NCBI GenBank assembly: GCA_018303825.1
Contig: JAGVXK010000021.1
Coordinates: 1 to 64,000, forward strand
DNA length: 64,000 bases
Direction: 5' to 3'
Source: Candidatus Pacearchaeota archaeon
Lineage (GTDB): Archaea > Nanobdellota > Nanobdellia > Pacearchaeales > GW2011-AR1
The notes beneath the pieces are model-generated. The model searched no databases. It saw nothing but the letters and a program-made list of their open reading frames with translations, and had not been told where the DNA came from. Shown here in pieces: positions 46,501 through 55,672 of this stretch (position 1 is the first letter of the stretch; each line of letters opens with the position of its first letter). Position numbers and translations under genes: made by a program.

Positions 46501-49093
46501 CAGTTCCAGATGCTGTCCCTGCTCCCCCGCGAACATCAAATATGGCGCTTGAGATTACATTTCCAGTAACTGTTACATTACCTCCAGCTCCACCAAAGGG
46601 AGCCACAGCAAAACCTAGCACACTACCTCCATTCAAAGTAGCATTTGTAATATTTGTGTTTGTCAATACCACTACTGCCCCCCTCCCGGGAACAGCCTGT
46701 CCCTGCGTTGCTCCACTATAACCTTTTATCAAACTTATAGTCGAATCTGACGCATTTACTTTCCCCCCACTTCCAGAAGGATATGCGGAACCGGCAGCAT
46801 CGTTGGCTCCGCCATAAATGTTTAAAGTCCCCAAAATAGAATTAGTAGACAATATTATTCCTCCTGTTCCTCCCCTATAAATTCCTCCAGTTCCCCCATA
46901 AGCATTTATCGTTGTGATATTTGAAGAGGTTGCATTTATCGTTCCCCCATTTCCTCCGCTACCAAGCACACCAAAATTACCACCATAACTATCTATTCTG
47001 TCTATCGTGGAATTAACTACAACCAAGTCCCCTCCATTATACCCCCAATTGTTAATATCAGTCGCCCCAAAATTGGCAATATCGATACTAAAGTTGTTTA
47101 TTATGCAATTTCTCAAAGTCAAACCATACCACCCATCACCTGTAAGATTTCTAGCACTAATACCATTTCCTGCTCCCTTTCCAATAATTGAAAATCCAGA
47201 ACAGTTAATATTGACATTATTAGTAGTGACATTAATGCATGTCCCCGTAGAAGATAAAGACTGGTTAAGACTATAATTTCCAGCACTTAAGATGTCTCCG
47301 CACTGCCAGATGATATTGCTTACATTTGCCTCAGGGTCAACAACATAGTCATATTCAACATCCCCAATTGAAAGCAAGTCAAAAGTATCCTGGCTATTAG
47401 TCAAATTCGTCAAAAATATTTGATATTTCCCATCTTCATTAACATTCTCGAATCTTGCTATTTCTTCAAGCCCATCTTTCTCATAAACTCCTATACTTGC
47501 ATTAGTCGCCTTAGCATAAATGGTGATATCTTTCTCATTGGTTAAATTCTGCTCAAAAGTTACCCTAATATAATGTCCGTTTGGAATTAAAGAATAAACA
47601 CTATCTCTGGTTTGAACAAGAGAATAAACATCCTCTATGTAAGTTCTATTTTCATCAAGATGCTCTGCTTTTGTTATTAAGATAATTTCAAAAGTCTGAT
47701 TGCTTAAATGAGGAGTTATCCACTCTATATAATCAAGCTTTCCATTTTCGTTATTATCATAAGCATCAAATTCAACAAGGGACGCATTTTCCTTCCAATA
47801 AACCCTTATTTTATCCTCTTGCCCAACATTGTAAAGCTCGGGAATCTCAGTATAACTCAAGATGTCAGTATAGTTCAAATCATCCGGACCGCTTATAACA
47901 ACCACCTTTCCGTTGCTTGTTTCTGTTTCAATCGCGGTAGGGGCAGGAGTCTCGTATTCAATGACATATTCGGTTGCATTATCCTGTAAAATAACGTCAA
48001 TGCCATCTGCAATAGGTTCATCTATAACCCTTCCAGTAAATACCCCAAACATTTTCTTAAACCATCTTTTCAATAAAGGCTCTCTTTTTAATTCAATATC
48101 CAAAGCAACATTTCCAGTTATAATTGAATTAGCTTCCTTTTCGACATCATTCCCATCAACCTGCTCTATTTTCTTTACTTCTATAACTGTGGCTTCCTTA
48201 GGCAGCTCAACTATTGCCTCTCCTGGAGAATCAAGAGAAACATTCTTTGTCCACTTGACCGGCTGACCAAGCCTGATTGCTCCGCGAGAAAGCTTAACAT
48301 CAATTATTGTTGCGTTTGTATCATTAAGAATAGTTTGATTAATTAGCGTTTCATTTAAGAGGGTAGTATTTATAGCGGTGATATTGGTTAAAGTTTCATT
48401 ATTAGGAGTCAAATTACCAGTAAAATTAGCAGAAATTACATTAATTATTGTTTCATTTCCAAGTTCAGAGACATTTTCATCGCCCAAACTATCATTCATT
48501 GATGTTTCATTTATGGTTGTTCCACTAATTGTATCATTTACGACCACACCAATTACAGTTTCATTGTTTGTTGTCTCATTTGCGGGAGTTTCAGAAACAG
48601 TTTCATTATTAACTAGCTCATTTATCACTTCTGAAATGTTTTCGGGAGGTGTTTCTAAAAATATTTCTGAGGGAATTGGATTAGTTTCAACAGGTATTTC
48701 GGGAGGTGTTTCCTGGTCCTGTCCAGAAGAGCCATCAGTCACGCTAGTTGTTTCTACAGGAGTTTGAGTGCCATCTAGATTATTGCCGATTGCATTGCCG
48801 AGAGTCTCACCAGCATTTTCCAAGGCCTGCCCTATATCCTGACCCTGTTCTTCTATCGTTTTTCCAGTAATAGACAGGTATCCAAGGTCTAAAACAATTA
48901 TTCCAAGCAAAAAAACAAGAAAAATCTGTAGAACAACCAGCCATTTTCTGTTATTTCTGCTGGTTCCAGGCAATGAAGTTCCAAGATATCTCTTCTGAAC
49001 CCTTCCCTCTGCATCTCTATAAGACTCATAATAATAAGGACCCATCAATTTACCATTCTTTTTTACATACTTCTTATAAACCATGTGGAACAA
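43526..49093 (-). CDS. Giant (1855 aa) membrane-anchored surface protein with a LamG domain
   Basis: N-terminal GPYYYESYR domain plus TM; Thr/Asn/Glu linker; Gly-rich beta-helix-like region; LamG (FDGVNDYV...TISAW...WNHIA...GSIDELRIWNRSL); Ig-like repeats; poly-Gly; Cys-rich repeats; C-terminal TM and helical tail. Confidence 0.9.
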   Translation of the reverse strand: MFHMVYKKYVKKNGKLMGPYYYESYRDAEGRVQKRYLGTSLPGTSRNNRKWLVVLQIFLVFLLGIIVLDLGYLSITGKTIEEQGQDIGQALENAGETLGNAIGNNLDGTQTPVETTSVTDGSSGQDQETPPEIPVETNPIPSEIFLETPPENISEVINELVNNETVSETPANETTNNETVIGVVVNDTISGTTINETSMNDSLGDENVSELGNETIINVISANFTGNLTPNNETLTNITAINTTLLNETLINQTILNDTNATIIDVKLSRGAIRLGQPVKWTKNVSLDSPGEAIVELPKEATVIEVKKIEQVDGNDVEKEANSIITGNVALDIELKREPLLKRWFKKMFGVFTGRVIDEPIADGIDVILQDNATEYVIEYETPAPTAIETETSNGKVVVISGPDDLNYTDILSYTEIPELYNVGQEDKIRVYWKENASLVEFDAYDNNENGKLDYIEWITPHLSNQTFEIILITKAEHLDENRTYIEDVYSLVQTRDSVYSLIPNGHYIRVTFEQNLTNEKDITIYAKATNASIGVYEKDGLEEIARFENVNEDGKYQIFLTNLTNSQDTFDLLSIGDVEYDYVVDPEANVSNIIWQCGDILSAGNYSLNQSLSSTGTCINVTTNNVNINCSGFSIIGKGAGNGISARNLTGDGWYGLTLRNCIINNFSIDIANFGATDINNWGYNGGDLVVVNSTIDRIDSYGGNFGVLGSGGNGGTINATSSNITTINAYGGTGGIYRGGTGGIILSTNSILGTLNIYGGANDAAGSAYPSGSGGKVNASDSTISLIKGYSGATQGQAVPGRGAVVVLTNTNITNATLNGGSVLGFAVAPFGGAGGNVTVTGNVISSAIFDVRGGAGTASGTGGVGGMVNLWNNGLLNVTNITVNLNGGTGGTSGDVGILLFNYSTALTETSNNYLNTMKLKIMNSSNGQIGWINALDISTISGILGSNVSIRNNSAFVDSTNTVLNTSANVVLYGLPTTMVNPKIYVNGISQCDETTVPTCSNFTSLNAGTIVFNVSSWSNYSVLDAGADTTNPLINFTAPTPANGTVTTSTSITINVSTFEQNLANLTFNWNGTNYNIYDNLSLVLMYNFDNISSLGDNDTKVVDLSRYSNNGTIIGGGIYNVSGKYGSSLRFDGVNDYVNITSSSAIDANGKTGITISAWAYIKSSSLNGPFIVKRNSDNTAGYLIFLTPNNTLYARFYRSTLGGWAVSQSTTTYSNNTWNHIAYMWSNTDNKIRLYLNGNEVAYSTQDIGSGSVSDDSGIALNLFRDGFDNSFGLNGSIDELRIWNRSLTAGEISELYMSNLQKYNSTQWYLYINQSKNSTAGLDNGVYTYQACASDTSGNANCTETRTISINADIIAPLVTIINPTNKTYNNAEVTSGLMFNVTLNENGSVLYSLNNGATNISMTGNESVLFGEKFNATNNSIVDGSYTFRVYANDTSGNWNRTESIVFSVDGTPPQVSIGSPVNGEVYATNSYLVNITLNERGYCIFSLDSGLTNLTMANASGFDGNGLVFNYSKTGALNDTYTLRAYCNDTIGNRNDSVFSSFEIAAPVSSGGGGGGGGGGCISTGWNCPKWDTISCTNGNKTRVCRNNCDARKTESQSCNLNCTSEIVCGIWSGCVSENLVEDIFNGEIRKSGQNERICYDKNNCIANYTDTMLCGSTQKIDFVQREVCGKITLIAIDRLSGLPVTNINIEEWKKSGRLNIQFVQGEGYCPSCYNGILDGDETGIDCGGSCRQCTNNETISFANKILWWLIIFLIILDLILFWLWKRRKDKLEQIRRLIKKGEKAIKEKNLHLARLIYHKIKEIYETLEEKKKHKIYHEIMRYYHELKRHHVYHESHSHDKPHSK

Positions 49094-49169
49094 CTCTTTT
49101 TTATTGATAATCAGTACAAAAAGAGATATTTAAAAGTTGCTAAGTTGATGTTTGGGGGGTTGTTCTACA

Positions 49170-49616
49170 TTATTTCCAGAAGAAATAACTTTTTTTCTTC
49201 TCTATTCTATCCTCAAAATCAGCCAGATTTGCCTGCTTTGCTTCCTTCTTTTCCTTCAGATTAACGAATTTTTCATACATTACTTCTATATTTTTCTCGC
49301 ACACAAAGTCATGCTGCCTAAATCCCCCGCCAAATGTCCTTGGAACATGCATTAACTCATGAATTATAACCTTGTCCTGCTCATTCTTATCCAATCTATC
49401 AAATTTTTCAAGAAATTCAATGGCATAAAATGCCTTTGTTTTCATTGCCTTCTGCATTAACTTTCCAAGAGTATGACATCTTGCTATTGTCCTTCTTGTA
49501 GAAGAGCCAAAACTCCTTATGCATTCTATTCTATTGATATCTATATGACCCATATTTAGCATGGTTATTATCTCATTCATTCTCTCTTTCAAATCTGGCG
49601 CATCTTCGTATTTCAT
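49170..49616 (-). CDS. Putative metallopeptidase (HExxH, phage-type family)
   Basis: VIIHELMHVP, RTIARCH, HDF. Confidence 0.75.
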   Translation of the reverse strand: MKYEDAPDLKERMNEIITMLNMGHIDINRIECIRSFGSSTRRTIARCHTLGKLMQKAMKTKAFYAIEFLEKFDRLDKNEQDKVIIHELMHVPRTFGGGFRQHDFVCEKNIEVMYEKFVNLKEKKEAKQANLADFEDRIEKKKSYFFWK

Positions 49617-49659
49617 TTTATGAACCTCAACTTTCCATGAGCTTTTTTAAAGGTCATCT

Positions 49660-50985
49660 TCATATTTCGCAATGATCTCCTAAATTATATAATCCAGAAA
49701 TCTCAGCTACAGTCAAGCTCCTACTCCATATCTTTACCTCATCTATAACTCCATCAAAATAATGACCTTCTTCGTTTACCTGGGCCGCATAATATCTCCC
49801 GATAATAAATTCCTGGCCACTCGCAGTATTTATGTTAACATTTCCATTTGAAGGAGAGCCGCCATTCACAGCATTGACATAAACATCAAAATCAGTCAAT
49901 CCTATGCCCTTCCTTGTTATGACAACATGATTCCAGGCATTTATAGTCATTTTCCCCAATCCAGAAGTTGCCAATTCAGAACCAGCACAATCAACGCTTA
50001 AATCTATTCGTCCAGTATCGTGAGTATAAACAGACCATCCATTTTCACAAACCCAGCTGCCATATCTTGAACCAGAGATGATTCCATTATATCCTGAAAA
50101 ACTAGTAGGGTAAGCCCAAAAACTAATTGTAAAGTTGTTCTTAGCAAAATCAAACTCATTGCTATCAATTATTGAAACATAATCATTAATTCCATCAAAT
50201 CTCAATGCTGAACCAGTACCAACCTGGCAAGTTTCATAACCTATCCCTCCCTGTAAAGCCCCATCATTATTTCCAACCTGATCAAATGCATTATCATCAA
50301 AATTCCAATAGGAAATAAATGAATTCTTATATTCACAATAACTAGTTGTTGACCCTGGATTAATGCAACTGTCTTGCGTGTTGAGATTGCCATCCGTGCA
50401 ATTAGAATCAACTGTGCAAATTATACTTGGTGGAATAGGTGGGCTGGGCGGACTAATGGTCCCCTCATCTCCTCTTACTGTATAAATATATTCATTCTTT
50501 CCTTGCAATTCAAGCCCATCTTTATTATACACAAATGGAACAACACTTACTCTTCTAAGCAATCCAAGACCCGAACTAGAATAATCTATATTCTTTATTG
50601 TAGTTTGCAATTCATTAAGTGATTCGTTATATCTAAATGGCACTTTCTTCCCATTTATATCTTCTAGAACTATAACAAAGGCAGCCATATTTCCTGCTCC
50701 TTGTTCTCTCTTTATAGCTAGTGTTAAATTTCCCTGTGTTTCATTTAACCTAACAGATTCTCTTGGTATTGTCAATGAAGTTGTAAATATACTTGAATCT
50801 ATCTGGCTTCCTGCCTTGTATAATGTATTTCTAAGAAAAGCCCATATCAATATAATTGCGGCCAATACAATCAATATAATTAAGATAACTGTAATTATAT
50901 CGCTCAAACCTTTTCTAGCAACACCTCTTTTAGCCATTAAGAATAAAGAATAAATAGGTTTAAAATACTTTTTATAAAACTTCAA
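49660..50985 (-). CDS. Class III signal (pilin-like) protein with C-terminal LamG domain, copy 2
   Basis: RKG|LSDIITVILIILIV; Pro linker; Cys repeat; LamG (FDGINDYV...WNHVV...DGVIDEVKIWSRSL). Confidence 0.85.
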   Translation of the reverse strand: MKFYKKYFKPIYSLFLMAKRGVARKGLSDIITVILIILIVLAAIILIWAFLRNTLYKAGSQIDSSIFTTSLTIPRESVRLNETQGNLTLAIKREQGAGNMAAFVIVLEDINGKKVPFRYNESLNELQTTIKNIDYSSSGLGLLRRVSVVPFVYNKDGLELQGKNEYIYTVRGDEGTISPPSPPIPPSIICTVDSNCTDGNLNTQDSCINPGSTTSYCEYKNSFISYWNFDDNAFDQVGNNDGALQGGIGYETCQVGTGSALRFDGINDYVSIIDSNEFDFAKNNFTISFWAYPTSFSGYNGIISGSRYGSWVCENGWSVYTHDTGRIDLSVDCAGSELATSGLGKMTINAWNHVVITRKGIGLTDFDVYVNAVNGGSPSNGNVNINTASGQEFIIGRYYAAQVNEEGHYFDGVIDEVKIWSRSLTVAEISGLYNLGDHCEI

Positions 50986-51187
50986 ACACCCAATCTTTGT
51001 TCATATCTTGCCCAGCATATTCTATTTTGCCAGGTGAGGCTCCTATTTTTCTGGAAAGCATATGTATAATCACATTTGCAGAATCATCATCTTGCTCAAA
51101 AGGAAGGTAAAGAAGATACTTATTACCTCCAAAATTCTCAAAATATTCTTTTGATGTATTGAACTTGACTTTTACAACTACTTTCAT
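50972..51187 (-). CDS. DUF167/YggU-like small protein, copy 2
   Basis: MKVVVKVKFNTSKE...; near-identical to 52896-53111. Confidence 0.65.
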   Translation of the reverse strand: MKVVVKVKFNTSKEYFENFGGNKYLLYLPFEQDDDSANVIIHMLSRKIGASPGKIEYAGQDMNKDWVFEVL

Positions 51188-51194
51188 CTTTTAG

Positions 51195-51371
51195 TTATCT
51201 CCCACATGATTTAAACCATCTTATAATATTTGGTTCCTTATTTAATTCTATGCCCAAACTTACATTCCCAGTCATTTTCTTCGCAACATAACATATTAAA
51301 ATCAAAAAGACAATGTGGTCTTCGTCTTTTGGATGTTCAAGATACTACTCTGCATTCAAGTATCTTGACAT
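51195..51371 (-). pseudogene. Decayed copy of the 82-aa TGNV-motif membrane protein
   Basis: Reads ...IVFLILICYVAKKMTGNVSLGIELNKEPNIIRWFKSCGR, matching 53123-53371; in-frame TAG near the 5' end. Confidence 0.7.
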
Positions 51372-51376
51372 AAGGA

Positions 51377-52861
51377 TTATCCGCAATTATTATTTAACTG
51401 GCAGGCATATAAACCATTAATTTCCTGCTGTGAAAGATTTCTATTCCATATCATTACTTCGTCTATTGTTCCATTAAAAACAACCTCTGGATAAGGGAAG
51501 ATTCTCTTCAATGCGCCTATTGAAATATGACTTGGGTCACCATTTACCCCAAAGCTATCCGCTGCCCAATCACTTTGTGCCCCTGAGCCGCATGGATAAT
51601 TATTGAATGTAACTGTTTTTTCCACATTATCCAAAAATACCCTTATCTTATTTATTCCATCAGCCATAAAAACAACAAAATGCCAACTTCCATTATTAAC
51701 TTCAGCATCTGTGAAAAAGTGGCTCCAGCATCCTACTCCATTTATTTGATATTCGATAGTTAAATTCCCATTTGATACAAACCATGCATAATGGCCCCTC
51801 CAATTAAATATTTGATTTCCATATCCAATAATTATTCCGGAAGTAGATGAATTTGTCTTTATCCAGGCAGCAATAGTCCCTGATTGGGTGGTATCTAAAA
51901 GATCATCTGAATTGGTAATAGCGTAATCATCCAGCCCATCAAAATCGATTGCTTTTCCATAACCGTTTCTACCAGAAGAATAAATTGGCATCCCGCCATA
52001 AAATGTTCCATGATAATTGTTACCCGAGCTATCTAGAGTGTTGTCTTCCATTTTATAATAAGCTATCAATCCGCCTGCTGGAACAACAAATTGGAATGTC
52101 TGATTATTGGCACTTGCATTCACAGATTCTCCGATTGAAGCATTCTTAGCTCTTATATGATAATATTGCTGTGTTAAGGGCAACAAACCAAAATGTGCAT
52201 ACGAAACAATATTATTTGGAAGATCTATCAACAAAGAATATGGACCGTTGACATTGCCGGAATTCTCTAAAACATATCCTTCTTCATTTGAAACATCATT
52301 CCAGGTCAAATTAATGCTATCATAGGAAAGAGTGCTTGCTTTAAAATTGGCAGGAGGATTTATTGTTGGGACTGGAGGTGGTGCGATAATTCCCTGCCCA
52401 GAAGAGGAAATTGTATAGCAATCTTCCTGTTTTCCCTGCAATTCCCTCCCCTCTTTATTCAAAACAAAAGGGACAACACAAACCTTTGTTAAATTCATCA
52501 ATCCAGAACTATAAGAGATAGTTTTTCCAATTGTCTGCAATTCTTGCAGAGATTCGTTATATCTAAATGCCTTTTTATTCCCCTTAATGTCTTCTAAGAC
52601 AATAATAAAAGCGCTCATTGTTCCAATCCCTTCCTGCCTCTTGACAACTAATGATATATCTGTGCTATTTACCTTTACAGATTCTTCAGGAACTGTCAAT
52701 CTTGTTGTAAATACAGAAGCATCTACCTGACTTCCAGATTTAGAAATATTATACTTGAAGAATGCCCATATTAAAATGATCAAAGCCAAGGCAAGAAGTA
52801 TAATTAAGATAGTGGTAATTATCGCGCTTATCCCTTTTTTGTTCACCATCCTTTTATTCAT
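51377..52861 (-). CDS. Class III signal (pilin-like) protein with FN3 and LamG domains, copy 1
   Basis: KKG|ISAIITTILIILLAL; FN3 (PPANFKA...INLTWND...EEGYVLE); LamG (FDGLDDY...WHFVV...IDEVMIWNRNLS). Confidence 0.85.
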   Translation of the reverse strand: MNKRMVNKKGISAIITTILIILLALALIILIWAFFKYNISKSGSQVDASVFTTRLTVPEESVKVNSTDISLVVKRQEGIGTMSAFIIVLEDIKGNKKAFRYNESLQELQTIGKTISYSSGLMNLTKVCVVPFVLNKEGRELQGKQEDCYTISSSGQGIIAPPPVPTINPPANFKASTLSYDSINLTWNDVSNEEGYVLENSGNVNGPYSLLIDLPNNIVSYAHFGLLPLTQQYYHIRAKNASIGESVNASANNQTFQFVVPAGGLIAYYKMEDNTLDSSGNNYHGTFYGGMPIYSSGRNGYGKAIDFDGLDDYAITNSDDLLDTTQSGTIAAWIKTNSSTSGIIIGYGNQIFNWRGHYAWFVSNGNLTIEYQINGVGCWSHFFTDAEVNNGSWHFVVFMADGINKIRVFLDNVEKTVTFNNYPCGSGAQSDWAADSFGVNGDPSHISIGALKRIFPYPEVVFNGTIDEVMIWNRNLSQQEINGLYACQLNNNCG

Positions 52862-52895
52862 TAATCAATAAGAATAACTGCATTTAAAATACTTT

Positions 52896-53111
52896 TTATA
52901 AAACTTCAAAGACCGAATCCTTGTTCATATCCTGACCGGCAAAATCTATCCTGCCTGGCGGCGTCCCAATTTTTCTGGAAAGCATATGTATAATCACATT
53001 TGCAGAATCATCATCTTGCTCAAAAGGAAGGTAAAGAAGATACTTATTCCCTCCAAAATTCTCAAAATATTCCTTTGACGCATTGAATTTTACTTTTACT
53101 GTGACTTTCAT
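52896..53111 (-). CDS. DUF167/YggU-like small protein, copy 1
   Basis: MKVTVKVKFNASKE...LSRKIG. Confidence 0.65.
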   Translation of the reverse strand: MKVTVKVKFNASKEYFENFGGNKYLLYLPFEQDDDSANVIIHMLSRKIGTPPGRIDFAGQDMNKDSVFEVL

Positions 53112-53122
53112 TTTTCTTATAA

Positions 53123-53371
53123 TTAACTCTTAAATGCCTTGAACCACCTGACAATTGCTGGCTCCCTATTGAGCTCAATATTCAATGATACATTTCCAGT
53201 CATTTTTTTCAAAATTAAGAATATCAAAAGCAAGACAACAATAATAACCAAAGACCACATAATATATCTCAACAGCTTGCTCTTCCTACTACTATTAACA
53301 TTCAATCTCCTTTCAATGTCCCTCCTATTAATTCTTTTAACATATAATTTTTTCACTTTCTTTTTTGCCAT
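53123..53371 (-). CDS. Small single-TM protein with TGNV..IEL.REP motif
   Basis: Basic N-terminus, one TM, then KKMTGNVSLNIELNREPAIVRWFK. Confidence 0.65.
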   Translation of the reverse strand: MAKKKVKKLYVKRINRRDIERRLNVNSSRKSKLLRYIMWSLVIIVVLLLIFLILKKMTGNVSLNIELNREPAIVRWFKAFKS

Positions 53372-53409
53372 ATTAAAAAATCAAGGAAAAAAGAGTATAT
53401 AAGTATTTC

Positions 53410-53769
53410 TTAACTTTTACTTTGATCAACATTTCTTGAATACAAAGTTGAATCAAACAATATCATAGAACCTATTCCACTGTCCTTTGTCACATCAAAT
53501 ATCCTGTTGCTAACTTCGTAATGTTGTTTTACTTCCTCCTGGAGAAGTTCAATCAAACTTCTCTTTACTCTATTGTAAGTTCCATAATAGTCAAAATCGT
53601 AGGGCTTTGGTAAGCCTTCAAGCTTCATTGCATAATGATGTGCGCATAATTTTAAATCTCTAAGAAAAAAGGCGACAGTTTTTCTAAATTCTTTGTCTGT
53701 TGCATACTTATGTCCAAAAACCGCTCTACGGGACATCATATCATTAACAATTTCCTTAAAGCTTTCCAT
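53410..53769 (-). CDS. Hypothetical protein
   Basis: 119-aa ORF. Confidence 0.55.
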   Translation of the reverse strand: MESFKEIVNDMMSRRAVFGHKYATDKEFRKTVAFFLRDLKLCAHHYAMKLEGLPKPYDFDYYGTYNRVKRSLIELLQEEVKQHYEVSNRIFDVTKDSGIGSMILFDSTLYSRNVDQSKS

Positions 53770-53779
53770 TTTTCTGCTC

Positions 53780-54976
53780 CTATTTAGTCATAATCTCAAA
53801 GCCATCCATATGGTTTAATTTATAATCTTTCCCAACCGCCTTTTTAGTTCTTACATCTACTGCTTTCACAAAATTCTTCCCAATATCAGAATGTAATCTA
53901 TAGGCAAAGTCAAGGGCAGTGCTGCCTTTCTTCATTAAATAACAATCTGGAAGAATATTTCCTTTTGAATCAGCCAATTTATCTCCCGCTGGAAATATAG
54001 CGATGTATCCTAGAACTTCAAGGACTGTTTTATTCAAAACTTGCTGCACCCCAGTAGTCCCAAACTCGTTCACGACTTCTTTTATCCTATCAAGAGCCTG
54101 CTTTTGCTTTCCGGAAAGCTCTTTTTTCTCAATAAATAAGCTTTCTCCTGCAACATATTCAATTAATCCTGCCTTGTCTGCCTCCCTTAATGCTAATTCC
54201 CCGTCAGCAAAGCAAGGAACCATAGGATAATCAAACTCTTTTTTTACTTTTTCATAATTTGCAGGTCCATTTGGAGTATCAACTTTATTTGCGGCAATTA
54301 CCATTGGTTTTGTATATCTTCTTAATTCTCTTGCGAAATTAAATACTTGTTCATCAGTCCAGGAAGCAGGCTTTTCATAATTTAATTGCATTTTTAGCAT
54401 TAAATGCTTAACATCATCTACAGTTACTTTCAATCCAGAAAACTGCTTTGCAACAGATTCAGCAAAATTAGAGTGCTGCATTTCTAATGTTCTTGCAAAA
54501 GTCTTCCAAACTTTTCTTAAAATCCCACTATACCATAAATCCAATTCCTTTTCAATTATTCTTATGTCATTTCCAGGATAATAGTCTTTTGTTGGCTTTC
54601 CTACCCCGTCAAATTCTCCTGACATGTCAACAATATGAATAAATGCATCTGCGGCGCTTAAATCAGCAAGGAATTCATTACCCAATCCTTTTCCCTCTGA
54701 AGCACCTTCAACAAGTCCAGCAACGTCCATTAAATCAAAGGGGACAAATCTCCATATTTTATCCCCTGCTTTTCTAACATAGCCCTCTCTCGGATTGCTT
54801 ATCTTCCCAAATTCAGCCGCAAGGTCAGGAATTTTGATATATCCCATCCCATGATTAGGTTTTATTGTCGCGAAGGGATAGCTCGCAATAAGAACATCCA
54901 TGAGCGTTGCTGCCTTAAAGAAAGTTGATTTGCCTGCGTTGGGCCTTCCTAGAACACCAATTAACATATATCGCAA
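53780..54976 (-). CDS. ychF: YchF/Obg-family translation-associated NTPase with TGS domain
   Basis: GRPNAGKST, YPFATIKPN, DVAGLVEGASEGKGLGNEFL, NKVD, TALDFAYRLHSDIG. Confidence 0.9.
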   Translation of the reverse strand: MRYMLIGVLGRPNAGKSTFFKAATLMDVLIASYPFATIKPNHGMGYIKIPDLAAEFGKISNPREGYVRKAGDKIWRFVPFDLMDVAGLVEGASEGKGLGNEFLADLSAADAFIHIVDMSGEFDGVGKPTKDYYPGNDIRIIEKELDLWYSGILRKVWKTFARTLEMQHSNFAESVAKQFSGLKVTVDDVKHLMLKMQLNYEKPASWTDEQVFNFARELRRYTKPMVIAANKVDTPNGPANYEKVKKEFDYPMVPCFADGELALREADKAGLIEYVAGESLFIEKKELSGKQKQALDRIKEVVNEFGTTGVQQVLNKTVLEVLGYIAIFPAGDKLADSKGNILPDCYLMKKGSTALDFAYRLHSDIGKNFVKAVDVRTKKAVGKDYKLNHMDGFEIMTK

Positions 54977-54997
54977 AGAAAATAGGAGTTTAATAAA

Positions 54998-55567
54998 TTA
55001 TTTGTTTTCAAGTTTTTCACCAATATTCTTATATATCTCTTCTATCTGCTTCACTGACCCTGCTAAATCTCCCTCATTAACAATTACAAAATGAGCCATT
55101 TCAATAAGCTTCCCAGTTTGTTGACCCATAGGGTCATTTACATCAAAATTATCCCTCTCATCCATTTTTAGAAAATCTTCCCATGTTTTTGGGTCAGATG
55201 ATTTGTTTCTTCTCAAAATCCTCTCAAATCTAGCTTTTTGTGGAGCATCAACTCCAATCAAAACAAAATCCTTTACCGCCTCTTTGAGAAAGACGGCTTC
55301 CCCTGTATTCCTTAAACTATCTATGATATAGTTTTTTCCAGGCTCCATCTTATTCAAAAACATCTTCATCAAAACACCAACCCCTTGCTCCTTCCTCAAC
55401 CTATCAGCCAAATCCTGCTGATTCTTTCTAGTTATTTCCATTCCTTTTTTTTGTAGCTCTTCATTTATTAATTTAAAAGTTTCAAAATAGATAAACCCCT
55501 TATCCCTCAAAAATTGGGTAAGCGTCTCTTTCCCAGCGCCAACTCTTCCACACATACCAATAATCAT
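54998..55567 (-). CDS. P-loop nucleotide kinase (dephospho-CoA/NMP kinase-like)
   Basis: IIGMCGRVGAGKET, IIDSLRN, IGVDAP...RFER. Confidence 0.75.
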   Translation of the reverse strand: MIIGMCGRVGAGKETLTQFLRDKGFIYFETFKLINEELQKKGMEITRKNQQDLADRLRKEQGVGVLMKMFLNKMEPGKNYIIDSLRNTGEAVFLKEAVKDFVLIGVDAPQKARFERILRRNKSSDPKTWEDFLKMDERDNFDVNDPMGQQTGKLIEMAHFVIVNEGDLAGSVKQIEEIYKNIGEKLENK

Positions 55568-55672
55568 AAAACTAAATTAGAAACTTGCTATAAATACCTA
55601 AGCTATCATTTTATGATAGCAAATTTATCTATCTTTAACAAGATTTATTAAAAAACAAATCCCGCTAAAAAG

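Noticed and set aside
50972-53111. DGR template/variable repeat pair (duplicated DUF167 genes)
   Set aside because: Differences are mostly synonymous and not adenine-specific, and no reverse transcriptase is present.
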